Notes: a model not told the origin generated them from the letters alone. A DNA stretch of 64,000 nt from Armatimonadota bacterium (GCA_049969495.1 JBMFOT010000008.1:2136-66135), one strand, 5' to 3'; positions 52,826-63,663 are shown, counted from the first letter of the stretch. Numbers and translations are program-made.

Positions 52826-54787
52826 ATGCGCGTCGGCGTGGACTACTACCCCGAACACTGGGATGAAAGCCGCTGGGCAACCGATGCCCGTCTGATGCGA
52901 GAGGCAGGGATCAGCGTGGTGCGAATGGCGGAGTTCTCATGGTGCAGGCTGGAACCCGAGGAGGGCAAGTACGACTTCAGCTGGCTAGATCGTGCGCTGG
53001 ATGTGCTGCATCAGGAGGGCATTCAGGCAGTACTGGGCACGCCCACAGCAACCCCGCCCGCGTGGCTGCACCAACGCTACGATATCTATCCGCGCGATGC
53101 CCGACGCTACCCGCTGGGTTTCGGCACGCGACTACAACGCTGCCTGAACCACCCCGTCATGCGTCGCTACTCCCGTCTGATCACTGAGGCGATGGTTAGC
53201 CACTACGCCGATCATCCCGCAGTCATCGGCTGGCAGACCGACAACGAGTTCGAAGCCAACCTGTGCTACTGCGACGTGTGTGCCGACCTATTTCGTCAGT
53301 GGCTCCAGCGCAAATACGGCTCGCTAGAGGCATTGAACAGAGCATGGGGCACTATCTTCTGGAGCCAAGAATACAGCAATTGGAGCCAGATCCCCCTTCC
53401 CTGGGTGGCACGGTGCGGACAGTCACACAACCCCTCCCTGTGGTTGGACTACCGGCGTTTCGCCTCCGAGTCTACCGTCAGATTCCAGCGAGAGCAGGTA
53501 GAGATTATCCGCCGTCTCGCGCCACATCACTTCGTCACCCACAACTTCATGGGCTTGCACGATAGCCTAGACTATTTTGCACTGGCGGAGGACCTAGACT
53601 TCGTATCGTGGGACAACTACCCCGGCGGCAACTGGCAGAATGCAGGACATGCCGATTTAGCGCACGATGTGATGCGCGGCATTCAGGGCAAGAACTTCTG
53701 GGTAATGGAAGAGCAGAGCGGAATCCCCGGCTGGGAGCACATCGGACGCAGACCCGCGCCGGGGCAGTTACGCGCATGGGCATGGCAGGCGGTGGCGCAC
53801 GGAGCGGACACGGTAGTCTTCTTCCGATGGCGATCCTGCCTTTACGGGACAGAACAGTATTGGCATGGAATCCTGAATCACGATGGCGTCCCACGGCGAC
53901 GCTATCGCGAGATCGCCCGCTTTGGCGAGGAGATGAACCGCCTGAGCGCGGAATTGGACGGCACGACCCTCCATCATCAGGTAGCCATCCTGAGCTCTTA
54001 CGAGCAGAACTGGGCGCTGCAAATCCAGCCGCAGGTGGATGGATTGAGCTGGTGGGAGCAGGTGCGTCGGTTGTACGACTCCTTCCGCCGGCTGGGTGCG
54101 GGGGTAGATATCGTGCCGATAACCGCCGACCTGAGCCGATACCGCGTGATAGGAGCTCCTAGCTGGTACATCCTGACCGAGCGCGATGCCCAGCGGCTGT
54201 CAGAATACGTGCGCGAAGGAGGGGTGCTGATTCTCCACCCACGTACCGGCGTGAAGGACGAGCGCAACGTGTGTCGCACCGAACCGCTGCCCTCCTTACT
54301 CCAGGAGATAGCTGGCGTCGAGGTGGATGACTATGACCCGCTGGGCAACGACGAGAACCGGATCCGCCTACACACGGGCGAGGAGTTCGCCGCGTCCGTT
54401 TGGGCAGATGCTCTACTGCTTCAAGGGGCGGAAGAGATAGCGGTTTATACCCACTCCATTTTCGCAGGAGAACCAGCCATCGCGTGCCATCGCTACGGCA
54501 GAGGGGTAGTGTACACCTTCGGCACGTACGGTGAGCCCGCGCTATACGACAGGTTGCTGGGGCGCATTCTCGAGGAAGCGTCAGTAGAGAGGTTGACAGG
54601 CATCCCGCAGGGAGTAGATGCCCTCTGGCGCGTCAAGGAGGGTGCACGCTATCTGTTTCTGATCAATCTGAGCGGTGAAGAGCGAGCGGTGCCCGTGCCT
54701 GAGGGCATGATAACGCTGTTGGGCAATCCCCCACAGCATGGAATAGCGTTGTTGCCTCCGCGCGAGGTGGCTATCTACAGGGTATAA
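52826..54787 (+). CDS. Beta-galactosidase (GH42)
   Basis: GVDYYPEHW, AEFSW..LEP, DNE, CYCDVC, MEEQSG, EQYWHG. Confidence 0.95.
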   Translation: MRVGVDYYPEHWDESRWATDARLMREAGISVVRMAEFSWCRLEPEEGKYDFSWLDRALDVLHQEGIQAVLGTPTATPPAWLHQRYDIYPRDARRYPLGFGTRLQRCLNHPVMRRYSRLITEAMVSHYADHPAVIGWQTDNEFEANLCYCDVCADLFRQWLQRKYGSLEALNRAWGTIFWSQEYSNWSQIPLPWVARCGQSHNPSLWLDYRRFASESTVRFQREQVEIIRRLAPHHFVTHNFMGLHDSLDYFALAEDLDFVSWDNYPGGNWQNAGHADLAHDVMRGIQGKNFWVMEEQSGIPGWEHIGRRPAPGQLRAWAWQAVAHGADTVVFFRWRSCLYGTEQYWHGILNHDGVPRRRYREIARFGEEMNRLSAELDGTTLHHQVAILSSYEQNWALQIQPQVDGLSWWEQVRRLYDSFRRLGAGVDIVPITADLSRYRVIGAPSWYILTERDAQRLSEYVREGGVLILHPRTGVKDERNVCRTEPLPSLLQEIAGVEVDDYDPLGNDENRIRLHTGEEFAASVWADALLLQGAEEIAVYTHSIFAGEPAIACHRYGRGVVYTFGTYGEPALYDRLLGRILEEASVERLTGIPQGVDALWRVKEGARYLFLINLSGEERAVPVPEGMITLLGNPPQHGIALLPPREVAIYRV

Positions 54788-54822
54788 TGGCGTTACACTG
54801 GACGTGTAGGAGGAACCACTGG

Positions 54823-55584
54823 ATGGCGTGTGAGGTTTTGCAGGGGAAGGTGGCTCTGGTAACCGGCGCATCGCGAGGCATCGGGCGAGCCTGTGCGGTC
54901 GCTCTCGCCGAGTGGGGCGCAACGGTCGCGGTGCACTACCGGCAGAATGAGCGCGAGGCACAAAAAACGCTCTCCGCTCTGGCTGGAGAGGGACACTTCC
55001 TCCTGCAGGGAGACGTTGCCAACCCGGAGGTCTGCCGGAACCTGGTGGAGCAAACCGTACAGCGAACCGGTCGTCTGGATATTCTGGTGAACAATGCGGG
55101 TATCTACGAGCCGCTCCCCTTCAGCGAGCCAGATTATGCCCACTGGCAACAGGCGTGGCAGCGCATGTTCGCGGTCAACTTCTTCAGCGCGGTAAACCTG
55201 AGCTATCACGCGGTGGCGGTCATGCGCCGGCAGGGGAACGGCAAGATTATCTTCATCGCCTCACGGGCGGGCATCCGCGGGGAAGCCAACCACAGCCATT
55301 ACGCCGCCTCTAAAGGGGCGATGGTGGTGCTGGCGCGGAGTATGGCGGTGGAGCTGGCACGAGAGAACATTCAGGTATACGCGGTCGCGCCCGGTTGGGT
55401 GGCTACCGACATGGCGGCAGAGCCGTTAAAACAGCGCGGTGAGAGCATCCTCGCGCAAATACCGGTGGGACGGGTGGCGGAGCCGGAAGATGTGGCGAAG
55501 GCGGTGCGCTTTCTTGCCTCACCCGACGCCGACTACTTGACGGGCATCACTCTGGACGTGAACGGAGGTTCGTATATCCGCTGA
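54823..55584 (+). CDS. Short-chain dehydrogenase/reductase
   Basis: TGASRGIG, NNAG, YAASK; RBS AGGAGG. Confidence 0.92.
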   Translation: MACEVLQGKVALVTGASRGIGRACAVALAEWGATVAVHYRQNEREAQKTLSALAGEGHFLLQGDVANPEVCRNLVEQTVQRTGRLDILVNNAGIYEPLPFSEPDYAHWQQAWQRMFAVNFFSAVNLSYHAVAVMRRQGNGKIIFIASRAGIRGEANHSHYAASKGAMVVLARSMAVELARENIQVYAVAPGWVATDMAAEPLKQRGESILAQIPVGRVAEPEDVAKAVRFLASPDADYLTGITLDVNGGSYIR

Positions 55585-56609
55585 TGGAGATACAGGAGCA
55601 GGTTAACCGCTTTCGCGACATCATGCAGGCATTGCGCCAGCAGATTGGGCGCGTCATCGTGGGACACGAAGAAGTGGTAGAGAACACCCTGCTGTGCATC
55701 TTCGCGGGGGGGCACGCGCTGCTGGAAGGCGTGCCCGGGCTGGGCAAGACTCTGCTGGTGCGTACGTTGGGACAGGTGCTCTCTCTGCGCTTCTCGCGCA
55801 TCCAGTTCACTCCTGACCTCATGCCCGCCGACATCACCGGAACCAACCTGCTGGCAGAAGACGAAAGCGGGCGACGACGGTTTCAATTCCAGCCCGGCCC
55901 GGTGTTCGCCAACATCGTGCTGGCAGATGAGATTAACCGCGCCACCCCCAAAACGCAATCCGCCATGCTGGAGGCGATGCAGGAGCACGCGGTCACGGTA
56001 GCGGGTGTGCGCTACGAGCTGCCGGAACCCTTCTTCGTGCTGGCAACACAGAACCCTATCGAAATGGAGGGAACCTACCCCCTGCCGGAAGCACAGCTCG
56101 ACCGCTTTATGTTCAAGCTGCTGGTGCACTCGCCCTCGGTGGAACAGCTGAACGCCATTGTGGACCGTACTACCGGTGCGGAGATACCGCAGGCAGAGAC
56201 CGTCGCCGACGGCGAGACGGTATTGTGGATGCAACATCTGGCACGACAGGTTCCCCTGGCTGAGCCGATACGTGATTTCGCTTCGCAGCTGGTGCATTTC
56301 ACCCATCCTGACGTGGACGGCGCACCCGACATGGTGAAGCGCTATGTGCGCTTCGGCTCCAGTCCGCGCGGGGCGCAGGCGCTGGTGCAGACCGCTAAGG
56401 TGCGTGCGCTGAGTAACGGTCGCTACAACGTGGCGATAGAAGATATCGAAGCGGTAGCATACCCGGCACTGAGACACCGAATCCTGCTGAACTTCGAGGC
56501 AGAAGCACAGGGCATCACCGCCGAGCAGGTGATAGACTCGGTGCTGGAGCACGTGCGCCAGCGTAGCGAGGTGAGGCTGCCGCTGGTTTCAGAACAGGCG
56601 AGTGGTTAG
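55584..56609 (+). CDS. MoxR-family AAA+ ATPase
   Basis: EGVPGLGKT, RIQFTPDLMPAD, DEINRA, ATQNPIE, AQLDRF. Confidence 0.95.
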   Translation: MEIQEQVNRFRDIMQALRQQIGRVIVGHEEVVENTLLCIFAGGHALLEGVPGLGKTLLVRTLGQVLSLRFSRIQFTPDLMPADITGTNLLAEDESGRRRFQFQPGPVFANIVLADEINRATPKTQSAMLEAMQEHAVTVAGVRYELPEPFFVLATQNPIEMEGTYPLPEAQLDRFMFKLLVHSPSVEQLNAIVDRTTGAEIPQAETVADGETVLWMQHLARQVPLAEPIRDFASQLVHFTHPDVDGAPDMVKRYVRFGSSPRGAQALVQTAKVRALSNGRYNVAIEDIEAVAYPALRHRILLNFEAEAQGITAEQVIDSVLEHVRQRSEVRLPLVSEQASG

Positions 56610-57774
56610 CGATGAACCTTTGCCGATGAAAATTTCTGCTTTTCAGCGTCGTGTTCCGTGGGTAACGGTCGGGGTCTGTCTGCTGATGCTGGCAGGCTAT
56701 ACCGCACAGCGAGCAGGCGTATCCACCCATCTGCTGCAGCTGGTACCTCAGCGTTTCACTGCCTGGTCGCTGCTGACCACCTGCTTTTTACACGTTACCC
56801 CCGCGCACCTGCTGGGCAACCTGCTGTGGTTGTTGCTCTTCGGCAGTATGGTGGAGCTGGCGGTACGACGCTACGAGTATCTGCTGGTGCTGCTCTGCGG
56901 GGGCGCGGTCGCCTCGGCGGTGCAGGCAACGGTCGTTCTGGTGGCACAGTCGGAACGGGCGGAATCACCCATCATGGGCGCGTCGGGCATGGTGGCGGCG
57001 GTGATAGGCGCGTTTGCGGTGCGCTTCTTTGCGGTGGACGTGCGGATAGGCAAAGCGTCCATCCCCGGCTTGTGGATTATCCTGCTGTGGTTGATACCTC
57101 AGCTGGTAGGAGCGATGCGCACGCTGGCTGGAAGCGGCCTGGGCACTGTGGGCTACTGGGGGCATCTGGGAGGGTTCATCGCGGGTCTTGCTCTGGCAAT
57201 GGCGTTGCGGATGACGCGAACCGGGGCACGCAGCTACCTGATACAGCAGCTGGTGCAGGCGCAGGCGCGTGGCGACGTGCTGGCATCGCTGCGCATCGCG
57301 CAAGCATGGTGCCAGCTGGAACCGGACTCGGTACAGGCGCATCTGACGGTGGCGCGAACTGCACTGGCTGCAGGTGATGAAACCCTGAGCCTGCAACATT
57401 ATGGGCATTCGCTGACGCTATGCGAACTCCGGAACGATACGAAGACGGGTGTGGACATTTTTCTGGAAACTCGCCAGCATTTGCCCTCTTGTCCTCTGCC
57501 GCGGGAAGTCTGTTTGCGCTGGTCGCTGCGAGCGGCACAGGCAGGGCATTATCAAGAGGCGATGGGGTCGCTCCTGCAGCTCGCCGAGTCCGCCCCCGAC
57601 ACCCCCGAAGGGGAGAACGCTCTGCTGCAATCGGCGAGGATTGCCCTTCAGCAAACCCGCCAGTCCGATAAGGCGATCGCTCTGCTCCAGCATTTTCTGA
57701 AGCAATATCCCCATAGCGCGCTCACCGCTTATGCTCTGGATCTGCTGCGGCAGGCGCGGGAGACGGAGAAGTAG
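56602..57774 (+). CDS. Rhomboid intramembrane serine protease with TPR-like C-terminus
   Basis: HLLGNL, GASG, GHLGG, helical C-terminus ending YPHS. Confidence 0.85.
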   Translation: MVSDEPLPMKISAFQRRVPWVTVGVCLLMLAGYTAQRAGVSTHLLQLVPQRFTAWSLLTTCFLHVTPAHLLGNLLWLLLFGSMVELAVRRYEYLLVLLCGGAVASAVQATVVLVAQSERAESPIMGASGMVAAVIGAFAVRFFAVDVRIGKASIPGLWIILLWLIPQLVGAMRTLAGSGLGTVGYWGHLGGFIAGLALAMALRMTRTGARSYLIQQLVQAQARGDVLASLRIAQAWCQLEPDSVQAHLTVARTALAAGDETLSLQHYGHSLTLCELRNDTKTGVDIFLETRQHLPSCPLPREVCLRWSLRAAQAGHYQEAMGSLLQLAESAPDTPEGENALLQSARIALQQTRQSDKAIALLQHFLKQYPHSALTAYALDLLRQARETEK

Positions 57775-57981
57775 CAAGAACTTGTGTGCGCACCGAAGCG
57801 TAAAACTGAGGGGAATGTCCAGTTGTACCCAGCGAACGCCCGTGCGTACCATTGCAACCGCATCATTCACCCGCTCGGATGCCGCCTTCACCGGTGCCGC
57901 GATGACGCCCAGCAACGATTCGCCCCCTACAGGACGGCGTTGCCCCAGAGCGGTATCTTGGAACATGGTGATTTCACCCCT

Positions 57982-59931
57982 TCATGTGAGAAACTGGTAT
58001 ATGGGCACATCGAATATCTTCCCTACCAGCGCCCAGCCTGCCTGCGTCACGATGTCGCCCAGCGTCACACCCACGAAGAACGCCAGACTGCGCCGATAGC
58101 CCTTGCTGCCGCCAAAGCGCTGCACCAGTACCTTTGCCGTCCACGCTATCAGGAAGGTCAGGAAGAAGGCGTTCATGGTAATCGTGTTCGCCATCACGTA
58201 GCCCACCGGGTGCAGAGGAAACACGTTCAGGCGCATCCGCAGGCTGGCAAGCAACAGGGTGAGAAGCCCCCCCACACACGTCGCCAGCACCCCGCTTTTG
58301 TCCCAAGCAACCCGCGTGCTGGCAAGAGAATGCATCTGCTGCATCCCGTACTGCACCTTCCACATCGCATAGGCGTTGCTTTTGGCGGTCGCCGCGCCCA
58401 GCGCGTAGAAGTGGGTCAAACTGCTCCACCACCCGACCGCCAGCGCGGTGAGCGTGCCTATCGCCACCCATACCAGCACCGTGCGCCAGCGCAAACCGAT
58501 CGAATCCGCAATCTTCAAGCCTTCCATCAGGTAGGGCAGCGACTGCGCGCGGATGTCCACATGCACGAGGTCAAAGTAACCGCCCGCTACCATGGCCCCC
58601 TCCGGCAGATTCTGTGTGCCCAAAACGGCATTCGCCACCCGATGGGGTGTCCATGTCGCGGGTGCGAACGTCCACTGCCCACCTGCCTCCGCTCGGATGC
58701 GCGCCCCGCTCAGCACGTACGCCACATATACCCCGATAATCATCAGCGCGAACAGGGGAGGGATACCGGTGACCATCATCATCAAGGCACACAGCAGCGC
58801 GCACCCCGCAGCGAGCCATCCCAACAACCGCACCGTGCGCAGCTCGTCGGGCATGAGCTGACGGGTGAGGCTTTTCCAGTGCAGGCGCGCCCCCCAGCCC
58901 ACCATCAGCGCAAAGGCGATCCACGCGCCCGCCGCCTGCTCCTCTTTGTAGGGGAAGCGCGCTGCGGCGGTATCGCCCACCTCTAACCCGAACGCTGCAC
59001 CCACCACGTACAGCAGGCGCGTCACCAGCCAGAAGAACCAGCAGCTGAAGCTGATACTGCTCGGCACGAAATACGCCAGACCTACCGCCATTGGGTAAAC
59101 GCCCAGCGGGAAGTCGGGAAAAGCGTTCCACGGTGGGGACTGGAACAGAGGGATTTTAATATAGCTTGCTTTCAACTGTACCGCCGGAATGGCAGGATAC
59201 CAATCGTGCAGCACCAGCAGGCTCTGCAACACCGCAGGAATGGCAAAGCCCAGCCAGAACAACGGTCGGCGTAGCAGGTCATCCTGCGGGTCGATGAGCT
59301 GCAAAGGCAGCACGGTAATGGGGAAAGTCAGCCGTTCCTGCCGTATCCAGATGCGGTGCAGTAACGCCGCCAGTCCGATCCAGATGCCCGTCAGCAACGT
59401 CAAATACAGGCTCCAGAAGACGATAGGGGTTATCCACGCCTGCCACGGCACACCGCTCTGCCCGCGATACAGGGAGCGGATGGCTTCGGGGTCGTGCAGG
59501 ATGGGCAGATGAGAGAGGTACGGCAGATACCGGCTCCACTGGGGTTGCGTTTGCGAGAAGTAGGGAAAGAAGCCCATGCCGGGCATCAGGAAGCGCAACC
59601 CACCAAAACCGATGATGGGGATGGTGGCGGTGAGCACGATGTAGCCCATCAGCAGCTCCTCGCGGGTGAACGGAAGCCACCGGCGCAACAGGCGCACGAA
59701 CAGCAGGTACAGCGCAGTAGGCATCATCAGCGAGTAGCAAATCAGGTAGATACTGCGGGCGATTTCGCTGTCCGCCACCCACCACACCATCACTGCCTGC
59801 GTCAGCAGGATGAACAGGACAAGGCGTGCGCGGATGCCCGCAATAGTTGCCACCTGCGGCTGTTCGGCAACTCGCTCGGTGCGCACCGCGCTATCGGTAA
59901 CAAGATGCAATGGTGTTTGCCCCCCGAACAT
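57982..59931 (-). CDS. DUF6785/DUF6784-like polytopic membrane protein, paralog 3
   Basis: W..QERLTFP, PPWNA, RIRAEAG, FPLHPVGY, RFGGSKGY. Start uncertain. Confidence 0.75.
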   Translation of the reverse strand: MFGGQTPLHLVTDSAVRTERVAEQPQVATIAGIRARLVLFILLTQAVMVWWVADSEIARSIYLICYSLMMPTALYLLFVRLLRRWLPFTREELLMGYIVLTATIPIIGFGGLRFLMPGMGFFPYFSQTQPQWSRYLPYLSHLPILHDPEAIRSLYRGQSGVPWQAWITPIVFWSLYLTLLTGIWIGLAALLHRIWIRQERLTFPITVLPLQLIDPQDDLLRRPLFWLGFAIPAVLQSLLVLHDWYPAIPAVQLKASYIKIPLFQSPPWNAFPDFPLGVYPMAVGLAYFVPSSISFSCWFFWLVTRLLYVVGAAFGLEVGDTAAARFPYKEEQAAGAWIAFALMVGWGARLHWKSLTRQLMPDELRTVRLLGWLAAGCALLCALMMMVTGIPPLFALMIIGVYVAYVLSGARIRAEAGGQWTFAPATWTPHRVANAVLGTQNLPEGAMVAGGYFDLVHVDIRAQSLPYLMEGLKIADSIGLRWRTVLVWVAIGTLTALAVGWWSSLTHFYALGAATAKSNAYAMWKVQYGMQQMHSLASTRVAWDKSGVLATCVGGLLTLLLASLRMRLNVFPLHPVGYVMANTITMNAFFLTFLIAWTAKVLVQRFGGSKGYRRSLAFFVGVTLGDIVTQAGWALVGKIFDVPIYQFLT

Positions 59932-60012
59932 GATGGGAAAAATGAACCCTCAAAACGATGATTCGTTGAGTGTTAACCCCCAGCCTGCCAAGATGGATCT
60001 GAGCATCACCAG

Positions 60013-60040
60013 TCTGGAGGGCGAACCTGCCGGTGAGCCG
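60013..60040 (+). repeat. Short intergenic dispersed repeat, copy 2
   Basis: TCTGGAGGGCGAACCTGCCGGTGAGCCG; similar to 1989-2016. Confidence 0.55.
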
Positions 60041-60050
60041 GAACCGCATC

Positions 60051-61877
60051 CTAAATCGTCCCGCCCGGTCTGCGTGGCCGCTCGGTGGTTTCCTGCACCC
60101 GAATCGTGCCCACATCGTTGACCGGCGCCTCCACTTTCACCACAGAGGGCAGCCCATCCACCTGCGCAACTCCTGGCACCGGTGGCAGGCGTCGTGCCTC
60201 TACCCGCAACAGAAGCACATACTCGCCGTACGGCAAGGATGGAAACTCAAAGCGCCCCGATGCATCCGTCGCCACCACGCCAGCCACTACGCGCCAGTCG
60301 AAGGGGTGCGCCAGCAACACCTGCCGGTCAGAGCCCGGCCGGTTGCGCGTAAAAGGCAAGGCATTCTGCCGAGAGATAACACCCACGCGCACACCCTCTG
60401 CCGGTCGTCCGTTCCACAGTATCCTGCCCACCATTCTGCCGGCAGGCGAGGCGTTTCGGCGCATCTCCTCCGGTATCTCGCCGCGCTCGTACCATTCCTG
60501 CGCCTTGCGTTCCTCCCCAAAGCGGGCGTACAGGTCGCCCATCGTCTGGCAGGCGCGTTGCGATTGGCGGAAGGGGCGAGAGCGGGCGTCCAGCCAGTCC
60601 AGGTACCTCTTCGCCTCCGGCGTCACCGCGCAGTTAGAGAGAGTCTCCACCATCAGCTGCACAAACTGTAAGCGGGGGGCGCGCTCGATACACAGGCGGT
60701 CTACCTCCAGACTGCGGACGGGGTCCCAATCTATAGAGCGTACGTCGTGCAGGTGCACAAACAGGGGACGCGCCAGCGTGGTCTGGTAACGCCGCACCTG
60801 CAGATACTGCTCCACCTTGTAGGTCACCCCCGGCTCGTTGGGGAAGCCCACGATGGTTTGGAAGGGGATCCTCGCCACGCGCGTTTTGCCATCGGAGGTG
60901 GGAAGGAGCACCGTATCGGTTCCCGCCGCGCCAAAGGGGATTTGCTCCCTCTCCGCCATTCGGGGCAGGGTGCGTTCGTAGTCCATTCTGCCGATGATGA
61001 ATCCGTAAAAGAGCCACACCCCCAACAGCGTCACCAGGGACAGGGGCACTAACGCCGCTGCCAGCGCACGGATGCGCTGATGGTAGCCCTGTGCCGGAGC
61101 CACGATGGCCGTCCACAGGCTCGCCCAGCAAAAGCTGCCCGCCGCCGCAATCGCCAGCGAGATACCCGCAAAAGTCAGCCAACCGCGCGGGTTCAGGTCA
61201 GCCAGCGCACGCGCACCTCCCGGAGGCACAAAAACAGTGGGGAAGTCAAACATAAACCGGTAGAGCGCAGCGCCGAAGTCGAAACCGGTAAACTGCAGCA
61301 CCAGCGCGCCCACCAGTCCACAGGCAATCCCTCCCGATATTAACCGCGCCAGCGCCCAGATGCTTATCCGTTTCCCGTAAAGTAGCCAGCCCGCTCCGCC
61401 GTCTTCTGACCAGAGCAGAGCGGAGGTGACACAGAGTGCACCGCACAACAGCATTAACCCCTGCGTGGACCGGTCGGATGCCCATCCACTCGCCAGCACC
61501 ACCAGAGTCTCGATACCCAGCCATGCCACCACCAGTGCAGTGAGGCGCAACAGACCTGTCCTGCTGTTTAGCCGGGAAGCGAAGGAAGGAAACGCCATGC
61601 GCAGGGCAATCGCCAGCAGTAGAAGATAGACCATTGCCAATAGCACCGTACGCAACGGAAGCGCGACGGAGCCTGTCACCGAAATCCACCGCACCAGCGC
61701 AGAGGACCACGCCAGCGTATCCGGTATCGGCAGTCCCGAAGCGTCCAACGAACGCAGCACGGCGGGCAGAATCCGCAGAGTCTCAATATGCACCCGTAAG
61801 AAAGTAGGAACCATGCCCAGCACGGCGAAGCACAAGCCTGTCAGCCACACCCGCCGTACCGAAAGTGCGTTCTCCAT
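60051..61877 (-). CDS. Membrane protein with C-terminal carboxypeptidase-regulatory-like beta-sandwich
   Basis: Several N-terminal TM helices; G.P.EGVRV...TDASGRFEFPSLPYGEY. ATG overlaps the moeA stop. Confidence 0.7.
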   Translation of the reverse strand: MENALSVRRVWLTGLCFAVLGMVPTFLRVHIETLRILPAVLRSLDASGLPIPDTLAWSSALVRWISVTGSVALPLRTVLLAMVYLLLLAIALRMAFPSFASRLNSRTGLLRLTALVVAWLGIETLVVLASGWASDRSTQGLMLLCGALCVTSALLWSEDGGAGWLLYGKRISIWALARLISGGIACGLVGALVLQFTGFDFGAALYRFMFDFPTVFVPPGGARALADLNPRGWLTFAGISLAIAAAGSFCWASLWTAIVAPAQGYHQRIRALAAALVPLSLVTLLGVWLFYGFIIGRMDYERTLPRMAEREQIPFGAAGTDTVLLPTSDGKTRVARIPFQTIVGFPNEPGVTYKVEQYLQVRRYQTTLARPLFVHLHDVRSIDWDPVRSLEVDRLCIERAPRLQFVQLMVETLSNCAVTPEAKRYLDWLDARSRPFRQSQRACQTMGDLYARFGEERKAQEWYERGEIPEEMRRNASPAGRMVGRILWNGRPAEGVRVGVISRQNALPFTRNRPGSDRQVLLAHPFDWRVVAGVVATDASGRFEFPSLPYGEYVLLLRVEARRLPPVPGVAQVDGLPSVVKVEAPVNDVGTIRVQETTERPRRPGGTI

Positions 61878-63103
61878 CACTCGCTCCCCAGAGGCAGGTC
61901 TATCATCAGCACGTCCACCGTATCGCCGCGCCGCAGCTCGCTTCTCGCCGGAGCCACAATCAGCGCGTTCGCGCCCACCATCGACGCCACCATGCCCGAC
62001 TCCTGCGCTCCTGTGGAGCGTACCAGCCATCTGCCCTCGCTCCAGCGCAGTTGTCCACGTATGTACTCACGCCTGCCCCCGATAGCGCCGATGTCGTGCT
62101 CCAGCACCGCCTGTACCCGGGGACGAAAAAGCACGCGATGCCCCATCATCTTGCGCAGAGCAGGGCGCACGAACAGCTCGAAAGTGACCATCGCCGAAAC
62201 GGGGTTGCCCGGCAACCCCACGAACAGAGCCTGCCCCACGCGCCCAAAAGCAATCGGCTTGCCCGGCTTGATGGCGACGCGCCAGAAACGCAGCTCCCCA
62301 AGGCTCTCCACCGCCTGCTTGACGAAATCCCGCTCGCCAACCGACACGCCCCCGGCCGTCAACACCATGTCGTACGCCTGCGCCTGCGTCAGCGCATCGC
62401 GCGTGACAACGGGGTCATCGGGGATGTGCAGGTGTTCCAGCTGCGCTCCTGTCTCGCGTATCTGCATCGACAGCGCATAGCGGTTGCTGTTGTAGATCTT
62501 GCCCGGAGGCAGTGGACGCCCCGGCTCCACCAGTTCGTCGCCGGTGGTTAGCAGGCAAACGCGCGCCGGGCGCACTACGGGCGCGGTGCCCCTGCCGATT
62601 GCCGCAAGCACCAGTATCTCTCCTGCACCGAGGCTCTGCCCCTTCCTTAACACCGTCTCGCCCTGCGCTACCGCCTCACCCTGCCGTCGGATATGTTGCC
62701 CGATTCGGGCAGGGGATTTGATCCATACCTCTTCCCCGTGCTGCTCGGTATCCTCCACCATCACCATCGCGTCGGCTCCGGCGGGTACAGGTGCGCCGGT
62801 CATCACACGCGCCGCTTCGCCTCGCCCAACGGCAAAGTGGACAACATCGCCCGCGTTCACCACTCCCACGACCCGCAGGCGGGCGGGGCTTTGCGCCGAC
62901 GCCCCTGCTGTGTCCTCCGCAGTCACCGCGTAGCCGTCCACTGCCGCGTTATCGAAGGGAGGAATGGGTACGGAAGAAACGATGTCCTCCGCCAGCGCGC
63001 GCCCTACTGCCTCCAGCAGGGGCATCTCTACCGATTCAAGAAGGGGTTGCACCGACTGCAGGATTAGCTCCTGCGCCTCCTCCACGCTCAGCAGGTCTTT
63101 CAC
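61877..63103 (-). CDS. moeA: Molybdopterin molybdenumtransferase
   Basis: PPFDNAAVDGYAV, MTGAPVP, TGDEL, GGVSVG, KPGKP, LPGNPVS. Confidence 0.95.
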   Translation of the reverse strand: MKDLLSVEEAQELILQSVQPLLESVEMPLLEAVGRALAEDIVSSVPIPPFDNAAVDGYAVTAEDTAGASAQSPARLRVVGVVNAGDVVHFAVGRGEAARVMTGAPVPAGADAMVMVEDTEQHGEEVWIKSPARIGQHIRRQGEAVAQGETVLRKGQSLGAGEILVLAAIGRGTAPVVRPARVCLLTTGDELVEPGRPLPPGKIYNSNRYALSMQIRETGAQLEHLHIPDDPVVTRDALTQAQAYDMVLTAGGVSVGERDFVKQAVESLGELRFWRVAIKPGKPIAFGRVGQALFVGLPGNPVSAMVTFELFVRPALRKMMGHRVLFRPRVQAVLEHDIGAIGGRREYIRGQLRWSEGRWLVRSTGAQESGMVASMVGANALIVAPARSELRRGDTVDVLMIDLPLGSE

Positions 63104-63597
63104 GTTGCGCCTCCTTGCGGTGAATGCGAGGTGGGTTGTCCCAGAATCAGCTCTATGGCGTGCGGAAGCAGAGGCAACAGCACTTCCAGACCCTCCCGCA
63201 CCGCACGGGGGCTACCCGGCAGATTGACAATCAGAGTGCGCCCACGGATACCCGCCACCCCGCGCGACAGAGCAGCAAAGGGTGTCTTTTTGAGCCCCTC
63301 AAGGCGTAACAACTCGGCAATGCCGGGTGCTTCGCGTTCCAGCACTTCGCGCGTAGCTTCCGGCGTTACATCGCGCGGGGCGAACCCTGTACCTCCAGTG
63401 GTCAGGATAAGGTCGCAGGTATCACACGCCTCCTGCAACCACCCGGCAATGAGCGCGCGCTCGTCGGGCACGATGGCACGGCGCACCACCTCATAGCCAG
63501 CTTCGCGCAGGGCATCTTCCAGCACCTGACCAGAAACGTCCTCTGCCTCGCCCGCCGCACAGCGGTCGCTGATGGTCAACACACCTGCTCGTCTCAT
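63100..63597 (-). CDS. mog: Molybdopterin adenylyltransferase (MogA/MoaB family)
   Basis: TISD, TTGGTG..PRDVTPEA, LSRG, NLPGSP. Confidence 0.9.
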   Translation of the reverse strand: MRRAGVLTISDRCAAGEAEDVSGQVLEDALREAGYEVVRRAIVPDERALIAGWLQEACDTCDLILTTGGTGFAPRDVTPEATREVLEREAPGIAELLRLEGLKKTPFAALSRGVAGIRGRTLIVNLPGSPRAVREGLEVLLPLLPHAIELILGQPTSHSPQGGAT

Positions 63598-63663
63598 AGC
63601 GAGATTAAGTATAGCGCGTTATGCCTGCTGCTGTCCACTGCCGATAGTGAGAAGAGGTGATTT

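Noticed and set aside
57790-57966. Possible RAYT transposase remnant (SLLGVIAAPVKAASERVN) next to a half REP
   Set aside because: Resemblance is too weak to support without a search.
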